Source: Trichodelitschia bisporula
Taxonomy: Eukaryota
Direction: 5' to 3'
Assembly (NCBI GenBank): GCA_010356995.1
Contig: ML996692.1
Span: 321,933 to 385,932, forward strand
DNA length: 64,000 nt
The notes under the pieces were generated by a model. That model did not search any database. It was not told the origin of the DNA and saw nothing but the letters and a program-made list of their open reading frames with translations. The translations under genes and the position numbers were made by a program. Shown piece after piece: positions 59,929-64,000 of this stretch (the first letter of the stretch is position 1; each line of letters begins with the position of its first letter).

Positions 59929-60570
59929 CTCGTCTTCGCTTCCTCCTAGTCTTCGGAGGAACTAAAACTCGCGGATGCGTAAGCAGACGAGGAATTGAAG
60001 ACGCGTTCAACGATTTGGTCTTTTTTTTTCTTGGGATATGTTATGGCCGTTGCCTAATGGACATGTGGGCGCATTCACGAGGTTAAGTTGGTGATTGGGA
60101 ACACAGGACAAAGCTGCGAGACAACGTCATGGGTGTTTACTGGCGTGCCAGGGACGGGTAAATCCCGCGTGCCCTGCCCCCCAGCCACACTAGAACTAGA
60201 ACTACTGGTAGGGTCGCCTTAGCGGAGGGCGTCATTATTAGGCTGACCGCATCATCGGACTTTTCCTGGACTTCAGCTGGTGTACTTCGTACGTAGTACG
60301 CTCTCTCTACGGCCACCGACTGCTCACTCAGCGTGCTGTTGTAACCACCGGGCACAATCAAGCTCCGCCATGCAGAGTAAAGAAAGAGCTTCCATCATAT
60401 GCACCCATATCCGCGCTCTACCAGACACCCTCACTCTCCATATCCATGTCTATCAGATACATGGGGCAATAATAAATCGGCATAACTCTATTAAGCATAT
60501 AAAAGGAGCGCAGTATCAAACTCAATGGGCATTACATATCCCTCCCACCTCTTTTCATACATAGATGAAC

Positions 60571-62740
60571 TCAGATGAGGATGAATTTTTCTCGTGCCTG
60601 ACCCTGACCGCTCCGAAAACCCAATGGTTCTAACAGATTCCAAAATTCACCCTCCATAAGCCCCTGGACATAGGATGGCCCAACAATTTCGAAACAATGA
60701 TGCTGACGATAGTCGTACTCATGACGGGGTGATAGATCATCCATGTACAATTCAAGAGTTCGGTCCTGTGGCATTCTCACGTCTTTGCGAAAACGCTTGT
60801 CATATGATAAAAACATTTCCTCTTCGGATTCGTACCACTCGAATTTCGATTCATTGTTTTTGATCGCCAGCATCCATTTCTTTGTCAACGATCCCTGAGA
60901 CTCTTGTGGGTCAACAGTGCCGATAGGAAACATTTGTATGGTATGTTCCGTGGTCGATGAACGGAGTACGACGGGTATGCTGCAACCCTCAAGTAGGCAG
61001 ACGCAGTCGCCCTTACGTGCATCAGGAGGGGCCAATCCGAAGTATCTGTCCAGACGAAACAGATGTCGGTTCCAAATGGTGGCTTGAACTCGCTGAAGGA
61101 CAGTGCGGATGTGCGGTGATTTGGCACATTTCGTCATCTCGGAAAGATCGAAGCCATTTACCGGCCGTTCTCCAGTCGATGCCAGATGATTTGCAAAGGC
61201 ATGTGAAAGTGCTCTCCCAAACCAATTTGGCGCACTACTTCCATTCGGACCGCGATCTCCGACCAAAAGTCGCCAGACATCAGACGGGGGACTTATATCG
61301 CTGGCCGGATTCCATCCCAGGATGTGTAGCCATTCCTTTGGGAGGTTGCCGTCTTGGGAAGGAGCCCCGATCTCGGATATGCGACTATAAAGATATCCAT
61401 GTGTTGAAAGCGCATGAAGAATGAAAGCTTGGCGGGTGTCGTATGAAATCTGAAGGGCACAGGCTCTCTCAATACAGGCGGGGGGACTGCTACGCGTTGC
61501 GCTGTAAATTCTCTTTCCAGGTGACCCAACCAAGCTGTCCGCGTTCTGTCTGACATATCTGCCACCCGGCATCTGGCAAAATTCGCTGCTACCTGCTTTC
61601 CAGAGGAACGGCGGAAGCCCCAAACTTTCTCCTACGCTATCAGGGATCCAAGGACGAAATATGGCGTCCAAGGAGCCTGACATGCGAACGATTCTCGATA
61701 GAATGTCTTTGAACAACTTTAGTGGCGACTTGGTGTAGTCCGGCTGCCCATAGCCGTAACGGTCTCGGGCCAGACTAAGCAAGGCATACGCAACGTCCTG
61801 AGCTTGAGAGACTCCGAAATCCGGGAGGGCGGCAAGGAGGTCCTCCAGGTTCAAGAGACGTTCTTCCATGCCGCCCCTGGAATCTTTTCTTGAGCATCCT
61901 GGCGGAGATATGAACAAGATTGACAGCGCCCGGTGTATGGGCATGAAGCGTCGTTTCGGGAGCAACATCATGATAGAGGCTTATTGCATCAGAGAAATTG
62001 GACCAGTCCACTACCTCATCCCCGCAATGTACAGTCACCTTTCTTGCGAAAGTTATTTCCTGAACAATCCATCGCCTGGTGAACCACTCCCTTTGCAGAA
62101 GCTCGACAAATGCCTGCAACTCTTCCTTGGCTTGTGGTGATGCCAAAGCTTCAGTATTGATGAACTCCAGAATCTCAGAAACAAAACGCATACCAGCATC
62201 GCTTGTGGGGAGCTAGGGCCGAGCCAGACACAAAGATTCTCTGCCTTCTGACATATTCCGCCCATTCTGCGTACCTGGGTGTTGCGTTCTTGAACGTCTT
62301 CTTGACAGATGCATAGTGCATCAATCCACATCCGCCTAGCAGCGTCAGGGCGTCGGAAATGGTGCAATGCGACATAGAGATTCTGAGTCACAGAATAATC
62401 CCTCAGGCCGTCCAGATCCTGAGAGAATATTTGTATGGTCTCTTTCTGTTTGGTGTCTCCCCAGACGTAGGACAGAGTCTCATAGTGAGGGGGCGTATTT
62501 AGGGCAGAGGGCCTATCCAGGTCCAAGGTGTACACTTCGAGGGATACCACAATCGGGTCATCGGCGCAGCCAGGCCAGATATCCAGCAGGCGAATCTCAT
62601 TTTTCTGAAGAGGACGATATATATTCCACGAAAGTCTTCACTCGATTCCAGATCCTACTCGGTTTGGGATTCATCGTGCAGTGAGTAAGGTCTGGGGACT
62701 TGACATCTTTGCGGCGTCTGCGCCGAATGAAATCCATCGT
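60571..62740 (-). pseudogene. HET-domain (heterokaryon incompatibility) gene, disrupted
   Basis: YRPLQKNEIRLL, YETLSYVWG, WIDALCICQED..ERN.QV..M, WFTRRWIVQE, ARKGD.VCLL.GCSIPVVLR, VGPSYVQGLMEGE. Frameshifts near 62200 and 61890; in-frame TAG at 62655-62657. The 5' end is uncertain. Confidence 0.8.
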
Positions 62741-63533
62741 GCCGTGAGGCGCTAGAGGCTTGAAGTTGTTGCGGCGTCCGCTCCAAAGGAAATCAGCTTT
62801 GCATCGGCCACTCCAGTTAGGATCTGTTGTAAGATGTGAAAAAGGACTAGGAAGTGCTTACGAGGCTTGTACAAATCGAGTTGAGGACTTTGAAGCGCTT
62901 TCGAGTCAGCTCGAGGAAAGAGATGCCTACCCCAGCCTGCTGGGTGGTGAAATGCGGCTTGGGGCCTTTTGAACAGACGACCCCGCTTCAGTAACTCAGC
63001 CGCATGTACGGTAGTACGACTGGTCTCTGAGAAGGATCCAGCCGCAGTGGAGGATGCCACTGTGGGCTAGGATTGGAAGAAGGCATCCAATAAACAGAAC
63101 CGGAGCACAAGGCGATTTCGACAATAGTTCCGCCTTCAGTATCTGCACGCACCCGAGCCTTGCGCGAATAAGTTGGGCATGGCGACATGATGAAGCGGTT
63201 GTCCGTGTCCTCGAAGAATTCCGTGAACACAACTCGAGTTGCACAGTTTGACGTTGGCCGTGGCCCAGGCACGCCAGGTGTGGTCGCAACTTCCGCCTCG
63301 GTTTTCGTAGCGTCGGACCCCTCCAGGCCCGACATCCATCCAGCAGGAGAAAAAGCAATTATGCTGCATGAGCAACCTTGGCCCCCGACGTATCAACTTC
63401 TGAAGTCATAGCCGCTGATCACAACTACAGCACAGATAACGCCCGATATACATAGATATCCTGTAAAACCAGCATGTCGTGAACTGGGATAGCAATACGA
63501 ACACTCAGTGCCCTTAACCTTTGGTTCTGCACC

Positions 63534-64000
63534 ATGCTCGCCTCCACCAGGTCGTTGGTGATCGGGAGGACATCGGGGACACGGCGGCTCTTCTCCACCA
63601 CACCCCTCCGCAATGCCGATTTCACTCACGCCGTGATCGGTGGCGGTGCCGTGGGCCTAGCAATTGCCCGCCAGCTACAAGGCCGGGAAGGCACATCAAC
63701 AATTCTAATCGAAAAGCACGGTCACGTAGGCACCGAGACAAGCAGCCGAAACTCAGAGGTACGTCTACATAGCAGCCCTCAAGTCACGAACCCAATCCAT
63801 TAATATATACAAAAACCCAGGTCATCCACGCGGGGCTCTACTACGGCGCCAACACGCTCAAAACCTGCCTCTGCATCCACGGCCGCCACCTCATGTACGA
63901 CCTCTGCCGCCAGCACGCCATCCCGCACCGCAACTGCGGCAAGTGGATCGTCGCACAAGACGAACCGCAAATGGGCGAGCTGGAGCGCCTCCACGCCTTC
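63534..64000 (+). CDS. L-2-hydroxyglutarate dehydrogenase-like FAD oxidoreductase, 3'-partial
   Basis: Transit peptide, [34 protein letters not shown]. Intron 63759-63820. Confidence 0.9.

Noticed and set aside
62150..62195. GTATGC donor that might splice out the HET frameshift
   Set aside because: The candidate intron does not restore the frame at a plausible acceptor and would delete conserved-looking SDAGMRFV sequence.
1..64000. Secondary-metabolite cluster, CRISPR array, rRNA or intact transposon
   Set aside because: No backbone enzyme, repeat-spacer array, rRNA signature or transposase seen; neighbouring genes are functionally unrelated.

Overview
Eukaryotic DNA from a filamentous ascomycete (Pezizomycotina, inferred from eEF3, a HET gene, a Zn2Cys6 factor and short GT..CTRAC..AG introns). 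It is GC-rich and gene-dense, with introns mostly 42-70 nt. I can support about 23 intact genes: an Egt2-like PLP lyase, Jen1, Ask1, a bZIP factor, a TDG/MUG glycosylase, a spartin-like protein, an IRC5/LSH helicase, a C6 factor, PPIL4, a cPLA2-like lipase, CMC1, TAF9, a secreted S/T/P-rich protein, an unknown membrane protein, ALDH, RRG7, an MCH1-like MFS transporter, eEF3, a PPR protein, a PTEN-like phosphatase, L2HGDH, and two genes named below. There are also two decayed genes: a HET pseudogene and a spliced orphan. The most notable items are: (1) a ~100-bp-arm foldback hairpin between ALDH and RRG7 whose mismatches mostly allow G:U pairing; (2) a 3-exon, 79-aa secreted peptide with 8 Cys that the ORF track misses; (3) an intronless protein with two bacterial-like DUF3303-type domains; (4) an AT-hook array on the RRG7 nuclease-fold protein; (5) an orientation-independent C-rich to G-rich compositional sawtooth that resets at intergenic regions and introns; (6) the intergenic 10-mer CTAGAACTAG occurring five times. 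Family calls come from motif recognition by eye; no searches were run.
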